Part shown: in pieces, positions 31,866 through 51,928 of the stretch
Position numbering within the stretch: the stretch's first letter is position 1
Layout of the letters: each line of letters opens with the position of its first letter
DNA from: the human T2T-CHM13v2.0 reference genome, Homo sapiens
Assembly: GCF_009914755.1 (NCBI RefSeq)
Contig: NC_060930.1
Reading direction: 5' to 3' (one strand)
DNA: 64,000 nt
The notes under the pieces: generated by a model
What the model was told of the DNA's origin: nothing
What the model saw: only the letters and a program-made list of their open reading frames with translations
Databases searched by the model: none
Made by a program: the position numbers and the translations under genes

Positions 31866-32244
31866 TCATTTAAATTAAGTACTTTTTAAATGACTCCTTT
31901 TTGTTTTCCTCACATGATAATGTTAATTGAAATGACAGTTGCTCAGTATATCCTTGTTGTTTAATCGGGATAAATTGTGTATTCTCGTCACGTTAAAAAA
32001 GAGTGGTACTGCCCTAGGCAGGTGGATCTCTTGAGGCCAGGAGAGTGAGACTAGCCTGCCCAACATGATGAAACCTCGTCTCTACTAAAACACAAAAAAT
32101 TAACTGGGCATGGTGGCCTGTGCTTGTAACCTCAGTTACTCGCGAGGTTGAGGCACAAGAATCAGTTGAACCCAGGATGCAGAGGTTACAGTGAGCCAAT
32201 ATTGCACCATTGCACTCCAGCCTGAGTGACAGAGCAAGAAGCTG

Positions 32245-32279
<35 letters not shown>

Positions 32280-32507
32280 GTACTTCTACCATGCTTCAAG
32301 ATTGACTAGGAAAAAAGAAAACAAAAGAAATAAATAATAGAAATTAAAAAGATATTTTAAAAAGAGATTTAAAAGATTTACTTTTCCTGGCCAGGTGCGG
32401 TGGCTCACGCCTGTAATCCCAGCACTTTGGGAGGCTGAGGCAGGCAGATCACCAGGTCAGGAGATTGATACCATCCTGGCTAACAGAGTGAAACCCTGTC
32501 TCTACTA

Positions 32508-32693
<186 letters not shown>

Positions 32694-32861
32694 TTACTTT
32701 TCCAAGAGAAATGTTGCCAATGTTTTCATTTCCATATAATTCTTTCTATGCTTAAGCAAATGAATGAATGAAGTGTGCTTATCTTTTCGATGTTCTGAGG
32801 GATGCTTGCTGATCTGCAGTTGTCTCTGACAGTTTCTTAATGTCCTTACTTTAGAGTATTT

Positions 32862-36498
<3,637 letters not shown>

Positions 36499-36741
36499 GT
36501 GTTGGCCTCAATCCTTTTTAATATAGTTAAAAATTTCCATCTGATATGCCACCTATTTATCTCATTGACACCCAGTTTTGTTTGTTTTTCTTAAGGCTTT
36601 AGAATTGGTTGATTGATAGGTTGTGTTTTACATGGCTTTTTCCCCCTCTTTGGTCTTCATCCACAAATTGTTTATTAGTACTTCTAGTTCTCACTTCTTC
36701 TGTCCCCCATACACACACATAAACACACCACACACACAAAG

Positions 36742-36774
<33 letters not shown>

Positions 36775-37596
36775 AAACACAGTAAGACGCTGTCTCAAAC
36801 AAAACAAAACACCATTTGCTATTCAGTCTTTTCCTCTCCATTAATTTATTCTCTGAAATCTTGCATTCTACTTCATTGGCCTTTGCCAGGTCAGAAACTT
36901 AAACATGAGACATGGAAACATGAAGTTTTCCTTCTTCCTTGGCCCTGCCTCAGAGAAATCACCATCTCTGCTCTCATCCTCAAAGCATCTTTAAGTGTTT
37001 TTTTTTGTTTTTTGTTTTGTTTTTGTTTTGTTTTTTGAAACAGGGTCTCACTGTTGCCCAGGCTGGAGGGCAGTGGTGTGGTCTACGGCTCACTGCAACA
37101 TCCGCCTCCTGGGTTCAAGCGATTCTCCTGCCTCAGCCTCCCAAGTAGCTGGGACGCGCACCACCATGCTCGGCTAATTTTTTTATTTTTTGGTAGAGAC
37201 GGGGTTTCACCACGTTGGCCAAGCTGGCCTCCAGCTCCTGACCTCAAGTGATCAGCCCACCTCGTCCTCCCAAAGTGCTGGGTTTACAAGCATGAGCCAA
37301 AGCGCCCTGCCTGCATCTTTAAGCTTATAATACCCCCACGTGGTATTAAGACCAATTAAGATGCCAGGTACGGTGATTTGGCTTATAGTCCCAGCAACTC
37401 CAGAGGCTGAGGGGGTAGTATTACTTGAGCCCAGGACTTCGACGTGTCAGTGAGCTACAATGGCACCACTGCACTTCAGCGTGGATGACAGAGTGAGACC
37501 CTGTCTCTAAAAAAGCAAAACAAAAAGACCAATTAAAGAACTTTGAAGATACCGAATCCACTGCCCTTCTTGATTTCTCTTTGTCTTACCGTGCCC

Positions 37597-37598
<2 letters not shown>

Positions 37599-37641
<43 letters not shown>
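37599..37641 (+). repeat. (TTA)n microsatellite derived from an Alu tail
   Basis: Run of tta units abutting an antisense Alu. Confidence 0.9.
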
Positions 37642-37642
<1 letters not shown>

Positions 37643-37645
37643 TGA

Positions 37646-38318
<673 letters not shown>

Positions 38319-38412
38319 TGAAAGGGTCAGAATTTAGTTGTAAAGAATTTATTTGGCTGGGCGTGGTGGCTCACACCTGTAATCCCATCACATTGGAAGG
38401 CAAAGGCGGGAA

Positions 38413-38950
38413 TGTCAGAGGCGTGTGAACCAGAACAACACCATCTTAAATAGGAGCTGGTAAAATAAGGCTGAAACCTCCTGGGCTGCATTCCTAGACG
38501 GTTAAAGCATTTTAAGTCACAGCATGAGATAGGAAGTCAGCACAAAATACAGGCCATAAAGACCTTGCTAATAAAGCAGATTGCAGTAAAGGAGCCAGCC
38601 AAAACCAAAATGGTGATGAGAGTGACCTCTGGTCGTCCTCACTGCTGCACTCCCACTAGGGTCATGACAATTTACAAATGCCATGGTAACGTCAGAAAGT
38701 TACCCTATATGGTCTAAAGAGGGGAGGCATGAATAATCCACCTCTTGTTTAGCATATCATCAAGAAATAACCATAAAAATGGGCAAGCAGCAGCCCTCAG
38801 GGCTGCTCTATGGAGTAGCCATTCTTTTATTCCTTTACTTTCTTAATAAACTTGCTTTCACTTTGCACTGTGGACTTGTCCTGAATTTTTTCTTGCAAGA
38901 GATCCAAGAACCCTCTCTTGGGGTCTGTATTGGGAAGCCTTTCTTTAACA
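38413..38950 (+). mobile_element. MER41 (MER41A-like) solo LTR inserted in an Alu monomer
   Basis: TGTCAGAGGCG...AACA termini; Alu halves on both sides. Confidence 0.85.
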
Positions 38951-39428
38951 GGAGGATCGCTTGAGCCCAGGAGTTCAGACCAGCCTACCAGCCTGGGCAA
39001 CATAGCAAGACCCCTGTCTCTATTAAGAAGAATTTTTTTTTTTAAGTTTATTCAAAGGAAAGCTGGAAATAGCCATTTGGAAAACAGACTCCAGGATCAA
39101 TGGAATCAATCAGAGCTCCAAAGATAAAACTAAAGATCTTGCTTATATAGATAGAAAACAAAGACATTTAATAGAATTTTAAGTTTCTGTACAAAGGTGG
39201 CTTACGAGGTACAATTTGATTAGTTACAGCTTGTTTTTATTTTCTTTCACATTTAAAAGAGTATATTTAAAATTCCATCTTATACAATATGATAGTGACG
39301 AAGTCTTTGTGTAAGAGAGAAAACAGGGAAGTTCATCTATAATAAGAATCAATAGTGAAGAGATAAGGGGTCTTCCCTGGTGTCCTGTAGTCATTTACAA
39401 CGTTTTACCACAAAAGGCAGATTTATAA

Positions 39429-39704
<276 letters not shown>

Positions 39705-39755
39705 TAGTAGAGACAGGGTTTCACCGTGTTAACCAGGATGGTCTCGATCTCCTGA

Positions 39756-40022
<267 letters not shown>

Positions 40023-40400
40023 TAGTAGAGACGAGGTTTCACCGTATTAGCCAGGATGGTCTCGATCTCCTGACCTCGTGATCCACCCGCCTCGGCCTCC
40101 CAAAGTGCTGGGATTACAGGCGTGAGCCACCGCGCCCAGCCACAAACATTCTTAAGCTAGAAAAAGGTTACAGAAAGAATGAGGGCTTGGGTCATAGCTA
40201 AACAAGTTACCGGCGGGTTGTGAGAAGAGGGATTCTGTTGAGGAGCAATAAATGATTACTAGGTAGAATGAGTGGACTGGGGAAAAGAGATTAACTTGTA
40301 AATAGTTCTCTTTGGAATTTGAATGCTCCTGGGAGACAACATTATCTTGTGAAAGGGTCTGTTCAGGTATGGTTACTTTTTTTTTTTTTTTTTTTTTTGA

Positions 40401-40505
<105 letters not shown>

Positions 40506-41107
40506 TGAGTAGCTGAGATTACAGGCATGCGCCACCACGCCCAGCTAATTTTTTGTATTTTTAGTAGGGACGGGGTTTCTCCATGTTGGTCAGGCTTGTC
40601 TTGAACTCCCGACCTCAGGTGATCCGCCCACCTCGGCCTCCCAAAGTGCTGGGATTACAGGCGTAAGCCACCGCGCCCGGTCAATGGTTACATTCTTGAT
40701 ATTTTTTTTCTATAATAGGTAATGAGATTACAGGGAAGAGAATAAAAAACAATTGTTCTCGTTGGTGGGCTGGGACATTAGGCAGATAAAAGAACTTCAG
40801 AGAACAACTTCATCCAGTGCTTTGAGATAGAGGATTTAGAGATTTTGGAAGGCATGGTCAGAGAGAACTTGAAGCTTCTTCAGTTCAGCATGTCAACCCA
40901 CAATATTTTTGGTTATTAGTTTCTGAGCCTCAAGAAGATGTAACTGTCATTAGGTCTTGAGCATCATCTGGTCTGAGTTAGGTAAAGGACAGTGAAGGAG
41001 GCAGATAATGCACAACTAAGATCAGTGATTGGAAGTGGGGACGTCTGATCTCTGCTAGACATTTACAGAACAAGAACAATGAGGAAAAGAGTTAAACTAT
41101 AATCTGA

Positions 41108-41365
<258 letters not shown>

Positions 41366-42446
41366 TAGTAGAGACGGGGTTTCACCATGTTGGCCAGGGT
41401 GGCCTCCATCTCTTGACCTCGTGATCTGCCTGCCTCTGCCTCCCGAAGTGCTGGGCTCACAAGCGTGAGCCACCGCGCCCAGCCCTTTTCTTTTACAGTA
41501 TGAATTGAGTGGCAACAGTAAGGTTGATGGGGTCTTGAGTTCAGCTCTTGTTTTTGACGTTTGCTTATATCTTGACCTCAGAAAAGAGAGCATTTGTTAG
41601 TATTCATCCACTATATTTTACTTATTCATTCACTTAAATTACCTCTACTTTCATGTTATTACAAATATCACTTTGATGAATATTCTTGATATGTCCTCAT
41701 ATGGGTCTATAGGAGAGTTTTCTTGGAGCATAGGCCTGGGCACAGAAGGAATGGTTCTCCAAAATGTCTTTTGCAAAGCCACCATCAGTAAACCACCACA
41801 TGAGAGTGTTTCTCCATCTCCCATCCAACACTAAGTTATACCCAGTGCTATAAACTGAAAGTTTGTGTCCTCACAAAATTCAGTGTTGAAGCCTAGTCTC
41901 CAATGTGGTGATATTAAATGTGGCCTTTGGGGGGCGATTAGGTCAATTTCCCAAGAGAATTATTTACAATTAATCTCTGTTCTCCGAGCCATTTATTCTC
42001 CCTACTAATTATTTATTGCCCGTAAACAAAATTACCTATATTTCCCATCTTTCCTCTCCCTTCTGAAATAAGGCTATATAAGTATTTGGGCCTTACTGGG
42101 ATATTGGATGATCACTCAGTGATTCTCTCCCATGTATACATCATAAATTCATTTGCCATTTCTCTTATTAATCTTCACTTTGTGAGATGATTTCTCAGTG
42201 AAACTTCAGAGGGCAAAGGGGAAGTTTTTCTCTTGTTTCTCTACACTACTTATGTAGATTAAAATTTTAATGTAGCTTGTACTAGTTTCTGTCTGAGAAA
42301 ATTCAGTATTTCTAGTCTTGTGCAGATAACAAACCTTATTATTATCAGCAGATATATAGAAAAACATGTTTTTTACATTTTAGAATCTTTTTTTTTTTTT
42401 TGAAGCGGAGTCTCACTCTGTTGCCCAGGCTGGAGTGCAGTGGTAA

Positions 42447-42554
<108 letters not shown>

Positions 42555-42889
42555 TGAGTAGCTGGGATTACAGGTGTGTGTCACCCCATCCGGCTCATTT
42601 TTGTATTTTTAGTAGAGACAGGGTTTTGTCGTCCTGTTGGCTAGGCTGGTCTCAAACTCCTGACCTCAGGTGATCCACTCACCTTGGCGTCCGAAAGTGC
42701 TGGGATTACTTGCCTGAGCCACCGGGTCAGGCCTAGAATCTCTTTCATATTGAGAACCATATTTTTGGGAAACAGTTTTTGTAGCAGATTCCGTTTGAGT
42801 GGAAATCTACAGAAGTTTTATTTATAGGCTGGGCGCAGTGGCTCACGCCTGTAATCCCAGCGCTTTGGGAGGCCGAGGCGGGGAGATCA

Positions 42890-43129
<240 letters not shown>

Positions 43130-43661
43130 TTATATTTTCGGTGACTTTGCTTGCTGTCTTGTTTTATACCCTTTCAGGGCTTCAACACTTCTGGGGAGGA
43201 AGGAGTGGTTCTTAAGCATTTATTCTCATCTTTTCTGCCTCCTAAACAGAAATGTTTCCTGTTTTGGAACACAAGATTGGAAAATGTTGCTTTATGAAGC
43301 AGAAGCTAACCGAAATCATAAAAATAAATAAATATAAAATAAAAAATAAGAAAGACTGGCCATTAGCAGAAGTGACATCATTAAAGTGATTTGTTTCTGT
43401 GTTACTGATCAAACTGGATTATTTCCCAAATCTTGACCAGTGTGACTTCTCAATCCAATCTTATCAGAGAATTTAGGTGTATTTCCCCATTTCTGAGGGT
43501 GAAGGTCATTTTAAACTTCTGCTTTGATTTCTGAAGTTTCAATAATTTGAGTCTCTGGAATTAACCAACAGTAGAAAGATAAACAGGAAAAAAAAAAAAG
43601 GCATACAAATTTATTACCTGCATATGCACAGGAGCCTCACAAAATACAGTACTCCAAGAAA

Positions 43662-44230
43662 TGATACCGGTGGGCTAGGGGAGGTACCCAAATGCCATTA
43701 GGATGTTGATCCCAGCCAGTGTCCAGGCCTTTGCCACTGCTGCCAGAAAGAATCCAAGGACAAGTCAGAAAAAGTACAGAGGTTTATTGCAAAGTGAAAA
43801 ATACATGCTCAAGGAAGGGAAGTGCAGGCTTACTCAAGAGAGTCAGTCTTGCCCAGGAGTGATTGGGGCTTCTAACTTTATGGGTTTCCTTAACCAAGGG
43901 GTGGAATATCCATGAAGATTTCTGGAAAAGGGTGACAATTTCTCAGAACTGTGGTGCCATCCATTTTTCCATGAAATATGGGTGTTCTCGGAACTGTCAT
44001 GGTGTTGGTGGATGTCTGATTTGTATGTTAATAAGTGTATAATAAGGTCCCAGGTGAAAGCTAGGTCAAATCCAGTGCCATGTTGGGTCAAGTAGGACTT
44101 AGCCAGCTTGGCAAACATTTCGGTTTTCAGGGTCTCTTTGGCTCCTAGTTTGTGCAGCTATTTCAACAGTTTCCTTTTTGCTAGTCATGTGAAACTACTG
44201 CATGGAATCTTCTATTCTCTTGTGACCACC
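43662..44230 (-). mobile_element. ERV1-type LTR
   Basis: TG...CA-bounded block with the antisense LTR poly(A) signal (tttattg) and typical ERV1 LTR text. Confidence 0.5.
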
Positions 44231-44845
44231 CTATATTATTTCTCTCTCAGAAGGGCCAAATAATTGACGTTTTTATGCCATTCTGAGACTACAGAAAGAA
44301 AAAAGGTCTTGAGACTTCTGGGGGTTTGGAGGAGGTGGTGACACATGTTGTAGGAGGGTGAAGGAGGAAGGGCAAAGGCACCAGGGGAGGAAAGGCAAAG
44401 GTTTTCTTGTTATGTAGATAAAGTCTCTCAGGTAATCGCAGAATAGCTGACAGCCTGTGACAAAGTAGTTTTCTCTCCTTTGAGTCAGTCTTAGATTCCT
44501 CTTTAGGCAGGAAAGGGAGCCTCAGAGAAAGCCAGTACTTGCATCCACTGTTTACTAATGTAGATTTCCTTGATAGGTATACAATTCTTTTACAAAAAAG
44601 AGCTTTTCAGAGCTATTCCTATTTCTGCAGTTTCTCTGAATAGCCATCTTGAAATATGACAAAGTATACTTCGGGGTGGCATATTTTAGTCTCCCACAAG
44701 AGCCACTCCAAACTAAGATTCAGAGATAAAATCAGGTTCAATAAATATTTTTTGTGTACCTAATGTGTTTTCTGGGGCACTGTCCAAGGCCCTAGAATAT
44801 ATTACTGCATTTAACCTTTAAAGCAGTCTCTTGAGGAAAGTAAAG

Positions 44846-45630
44846 TGAAGGAAATAAAAATATTTTACCCCAAAAGATATTTCTTTGCCCTATTTTGAAA
44901 TGGCTGCCTCAGGGCCCGGAGACCGATGAGGCCCTGCAAATCAGTCTTTTGTGGGGGAAATTTCCATTTGTTGCCAGGCTTTCCCTTTCTAGTCCTTTCC
45001 TGGATCTAGGAGAGATTAACTGAGAGTCTGATCCTTTTTTATTTTTATTTTTTAAGAGACTGTCTTGCTCTGTCACCCAGGCTGGAGTGCAATTGTGCAA
45101 TCATAGTTCACTGCATCCTTGAACTCGTGGGCTCAGGCAATCTTCCTGCCTCAGCCTTCTGAGCAGCTAGAACTACAGTTGTGCGCTGCAACACCCACCT
45201 TTCTTTTTATTTGTTTTTCGTAGAGACAGGATTTTGCTGTTACCCAGGCTGATCTCAAACTCCTGGGCTCAGGGAATCCTCCTTCCACTGCCTCCCAAAG
45301 TGGAGGGCATGAGCCACCACGCCCACCCTGACAAGAGACATTTACCATCTATTTTTTCTGAGGACTACTAGCTATGTGTTTTCATCTACATAACAAGACC
45401 CGCCCCCCTTGCTAGCCAAGTCTCTTCCTTTCTCCCTCCTATAATCTGTTTTCCCAGGTTCCAAGCTTGCACTCTTTCTATAATCTCAAGGTGATATATA
45501 AACTTCTGTATCTCATTGGTGGGTGGGTCCTCATTTTGAAGTCTCCCGTGTCTATGTGCTAAATCAACCGGCCTCATGTCCGTGATTTTCAGCAAGCTTC
45601 CAGGGGACCCAAGGGCAGTGCCCGTTTCAG
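44846..45630 (+). mobile_element. MER4-group LTR interrupted by an AluJ-like element
   Basis: tgaaggaaataaaaatattttaccccaaaa... consensus-like; antisense Alu at about 45033-45328. Confidence 0.6.
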
Positions 45631-45943
45631 TTAAAAATGGCATCTCATTTAACCTGTAATCTAATTGTTAGTTATGGGGTTCTGGAGATGCTATCCCCAA
45701 AGGACAGCATGTGCAGGAAGGACTTTGGCTTTCCCCTTGAAGCGGATTGACCTTGGATATAGATTTGCTGACTTTCCTCGGAGAAAGTGAGACCCTTGTG
45801 AGATGGGTCACAGAGGACAAGTGAAAAGGACCGTCTTAGAAGACAAAGGACACTGCAAGGAATCAGAATGAACAACCCTTGACGACTTTCCGCCAGTTTA
45901 TCCCTGCTTTAAAGTTGATTTAAGACAGTCGACCAATGGTGTG

Positions 45944-45986
45944 ACAGCTATCCTCAGTGAGAATGTAAGTGGCTCTGAAAAGAGCC
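45944..45986 (-). terminator. H3C12 stem-loop (45971-45986) plus HDE
   Basis: Minus strand GGCTCTTTTCAGAGCC-ACTTA ... GAGGATAGCTGT. Confidence 0.92.
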
Positions 45987-46032
45987 TTTGGAAGCTTGGA
46001 AGCAATTAAGAAACCCAAGATAGAGCAGGGGA

Positions 46033-46503
<471 letters not shown>

Positions 46504-46623
46504 TTATAACGATGATCTGATCCTGATTGGTCAGAACTGTTGTAGGAAAAACCTGGTTGGTTGTTAATACTATCTTCATTTGGTTCCTGCCACTTTTTTT
46601 TTTTTTTTTTTTTTTTTACCTGA

Positions 46624-46773
<150 letters not shown>

Positions 46774-48327
46774 TAGCAGAGAAGGGGTTTCACCATGTTG
46801 GCCAGGCTGGTCTCAAACTCCTGATCTCAAGTTATCCGCCTGCCTCGGACTTCCAAAGTGCTTAGATTACAGGCGTGAGCCACTGCGCTCGTCCTCCGCG
46901 CCACTTTTATTTATTGTTTTCAACCAATCATGTTAAGATTCCCCCAATGAAAAGATAATCTGACCTAGAATTTGTGTAGGTCAGTCGTAGTCTTAAACTC
47001 ATTTCCAATGGGTCATTTTTCCTATTTCGGATCGTGTAAAAATACATACAGTAGAACAACGTATTTGCTAGTATTTCCAAAAAGTAGTTCCGTTTTGTAA
47101 CTGCTTAATTAAATCTTTTAATGACTGTACCAAGACCCAGAACAAAAACAATTTAAACTTAGGCTGGCACATTCTCTAAAACACCAAAACTTTAGTTTTG
47201 TCCAGTGTGGTGTGGGGAAGGAGTTTGATAGGTGCTTGACTAAATGATACCAATAAATGGTATCTGACCTCTTCATTAACTGAGTTTAATGCAATCCAAT
47301 GGCTGATTGGATTAATTATGTAAATTATTGCTTAATTTCATTAGCATGCGCGGAATTACAGGTTTGGGTCAGTGATTAGATTTTTGCCAGTGAATCTGGG
47401 TAGTTCTGACAACAGCATTTTATTAGGATGGAGATTTTAGTTGATCAAAGAACTACCAGGTTCTGGTATTGATAAAGACCCATAAAGACAACAAAAAGGT
47501 TAGTTTAACATTTATTATATTCACAGGAGCAAATGATCACCAGAAATACTTTTGTTTGGGTTTTGTTTTTCTTTTTTTGAGACGGGGTCTCGCTTTGTCA
47601 CCCAGGCTGGAGTGCAGTGGCGAGGTCATGGCTCACTGAAATCTCAAATTCCTGGGACTCAAGTGTTCCTTCTGCTGTCAGTCCGCCAAATACAGGCGAG
47701 GGCCTCGCGCCTGGTATTTTTTTTCTTTCTTTTTTTTAGATGGAGTCTCGCTCTGTCGCCCAGGCTGGAGTGCAGTGGCGTGATCTCGGCTCACTGCAAC
47801 CTCTGCCTCCTGGGTTCAAGCGATTCTCCTGCCTGTCTCCTTAGTAGCGCTCGCCACCACGCCCGGCTAATTTTTGTGTTTTTAGTAGGGACAGGGTTTC
47901 ACCATGTTTGCCTGGGTGGTCTCGATCTCTTGACCTTGTGATACACCCTCCTCGGCCTCCCAAAGTGCTGGGATTACAGGCGTGAGCCACCGCGCCCAGT
48001 CATTTTTTTTTTAAGAGGCAGGGGTCTCGTTATCAGGGTGGTCTCGAACTCCAGGTCCCTAGAGATTTCTCCCCTCCCCACCCACCTGCCTCAGTTTCCC
48101 AAAATGCTAAGGACGCATAAACCACCGCGCCCGGCCCCAAGTTTTTTAAAGACCCAGGACAGTTTGTGGGGAGGGGACAATTAAGGAGGTTCCTTCATGT
48201 TATAAGGTAGCAGTTGGATAGTATTTACTAGGCCTGATTCAATACTTTTATTTTACCCAATAGGAAAGTAATGGCCTCAGTGCTTGAACTCGGCCACAAA
48301 TTTCTGATAGGTTTGGAGAACAGAGTG

Positions 48328-48370
48328 CTCAGTTCTTCCGTAGAAATGGTGGGTGGCTCTGAAAAGAGCC
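48328..48370 (-). terminator. H2AC17 stem-loop (48355-48370) plus HDE
   Basis: Minus strand GGCTCTTTTCAGAGCC-ACCCA ... GGAAGAACTGAG. Confidence 0.92.
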
Positions 48371-48407
48371 TTTTGTCTTGTAAGTTTACATTTTTAAAGT
48401 TCAGCCC

Positions 48408-49494
<1,087 letters not shown>

Positions 49495-49520
49495 GCTCTC
49501 GCAGCTGCCAGCAATCCAAA

Positions 49521-49564
49521 GGCTCTTTTCAGAGCCACTCACGCTTCCAGAGAAAGAGCCTGTG
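49521..49564 (+). terminator. H2BC17 stem-loop (49521-49536) plus HDE
   Basis: GGCTCTTTTCAGAGCC-ACTCA ... GAAAGAGCCTGT. Confidence 0.92.
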
Positions 49565-51820
49565 CATTTTGCTTGTAGTCTTTTGGGTGGACTCCGGCCG
49601 GCCTCCATTAGGAGGGAAGACGGCGGGAAAAGGTAAGCTAAGCTCCCTAGGCTTTTTGCGTGTGAGTATAGACGCTCCATCAGACAAATTTAGCTTGGGT
49701 TCTTAGATACCCTTGGGGAAAAAGGCTTGCAGTTGTGCTTTAAGCTATAATTACAAGTTTGCTTTCGGTTTTCGGTTACTCTTTCCTTTTGTGTTTTTTT
49801 TTTTTTTTTTTTTTAAATGGAGTCTTGGCTCTGTCGCCCAGGATAGAGTGCAGTGCCGCGATCTCGGCTCACTGTAAGCTCCGTCTCCCGGGTTCAACCA
49901 ATTCTGCTTCGGCCTCCTAAGTAGCTGGGATTACAGGCGCCCGCCACCGTGCCCGACTAATTATTGCATTTTTAGTAGAGACGGAGTTTTACCGTCTTGA
50001 CCAGGCTAGTCTCGAACTCCTGACTTCGTGATCCACCCATCTCGGCCTCCCAAAATGTTGGGATATCAGGCGTGAGCCATCGCGCGCGGCCGGGTTATTC
50101 TTTCAGTGCCTGTAACGTCCCCCTTCTTTGATTGGTCAACGCTCTATTTGAAAAGCCCGCCAAGGGCTGCAATTTGCCAGATAGTCTCATCCGGGTTGTT
50201 TTTCGAAGAGGTTCTCCCGGAATGGAAATGACCGTTATCTGCAGGAGTGCATCGGACTCTGGCGCCAAGAGCTGGAAGCTGTGAATTAACCGTCCCTCTT
50301 ACTGCAGTTGTACGGATCCTGGGTGACATTGACTTACCGGTGTCCATTTTCCATACACTTTAGAGAATAGGCATCTCGTCTGGCATCGCTGCAGATATGT
50401 TAGGGTGGGTTGAAATTATTGGTGTCAAAGCGGGACGGGAAACATTAAAGGCTAAGGAAGCTCCTTTAGGATAAAATGTTGAACAAAGAACCTGGCAACT
50501 TGGGAAAGCCGCTTTTTTGCAATGTTAATCAGTTGGCCTTGGGGAGGGAGGTGTGCCAGGATTAGCTGGGGCGGGGGCAGCGTTCAGGCTGGGATTTTAA
50601 AGTCCATGATTAGGAATCCTGAGATAGAAGTTGGAGAACCCCGCGTTTAAAGAGAAGCGGACCCCAGAAGAGATCACAGAAATAGGAGGTAAACCAAGAG
50701 CGTGCGAGTACAAGGGAGTGGAGACTTTTCAAGGCATGATCCCCTCTTCTCAACAGTGCCTGAATTCTCATAGCATTGCATCCTCTGCCACTGCGTTATC
50801 CCCTCTTCAATAAATTACTTCTATTGTAAATCTTTAGCAGCAAAATAGCAAGCCCCTCCACAATTCCACTCCAGGCTTTAAAATCACCCCTTAACTTTTC
50901 CTTTATTTTCCTGACGTCACTTCCTTTGCAGCTATGGGTGGAAGGCTATCTCGGACGAATAGTCTCGTCTCTGTCACAGGTGACAAACAGCCCCGAATTA
51001 TGCCAATTGGTTAGTGGGTCGTTCAAAATACATTGTAGGATTTGCCGTTCACTTCCCTAAAATGTTCTCTTCCCCAGTCCCCGTACCTTGTCATTAAAGT
51101 TTGGTGCCTCGGGCTTGGCGACAGAGCTTATCGACAAGCTAAGTTACTTGGAGAGCAGTCCCCTGATTTCATCATGTTCTTTAACTTGGCATCACATTTG
51201 CCCCCTCCTTTCATTCCTCTTCGCTCTCTTTTTCGAGATTCGTTTCTCCCTGCCCATCCCGCGTCCTTGAGAGAACATCTGAGGGGTGATTATCCTCCGA
51301 GTGGGTGAGAGAGTACGTGTGGCCTTCTCCTGCCATCTTGTGGCAAAAAAGCAAAAGCACAAGTTCAAGGCGTTGTGTTTTCCAGCCCCAGTTAAAATGC
51401 TTTCTTCTTAACTTTCTACTGAGTCAGTGGGCTAGGGCAGGGTTTCCATTTTTCACTCCTTTTAATTGCAGGATTCAAGTTTCTTCAAGAGTTGTTAGTG
51501 CGGAGGTTAAAAGGGAGCGGGAGGGGGGCGGGGGAGTTAATAGGAAGAGCGAGGAGTGGGTAAAGGAGAAAGTCCTGTTGAGCTTTGTGATCTGGTCAGA
51601 GCTGTCCAAAAGAAATAAACAAATAAAAAAAGCCAAAATGCTTTATACCCTAAAATAAATAATAATACGATCGTGCTTTCTAGTTCTATTAGATTAAGTC
51701 CCCACACTTACAACTCAATTTAACCTTAATTATCTGTTTAAAGGCCCTGTCTTCAAATACCAACCACACTGAGGGCTGGGACTTCGACATGAAGTTGTTT
51801 TCTTTTGTTTTGTTTTTTGA

Positions 51821-51928
<108 letters not shown>

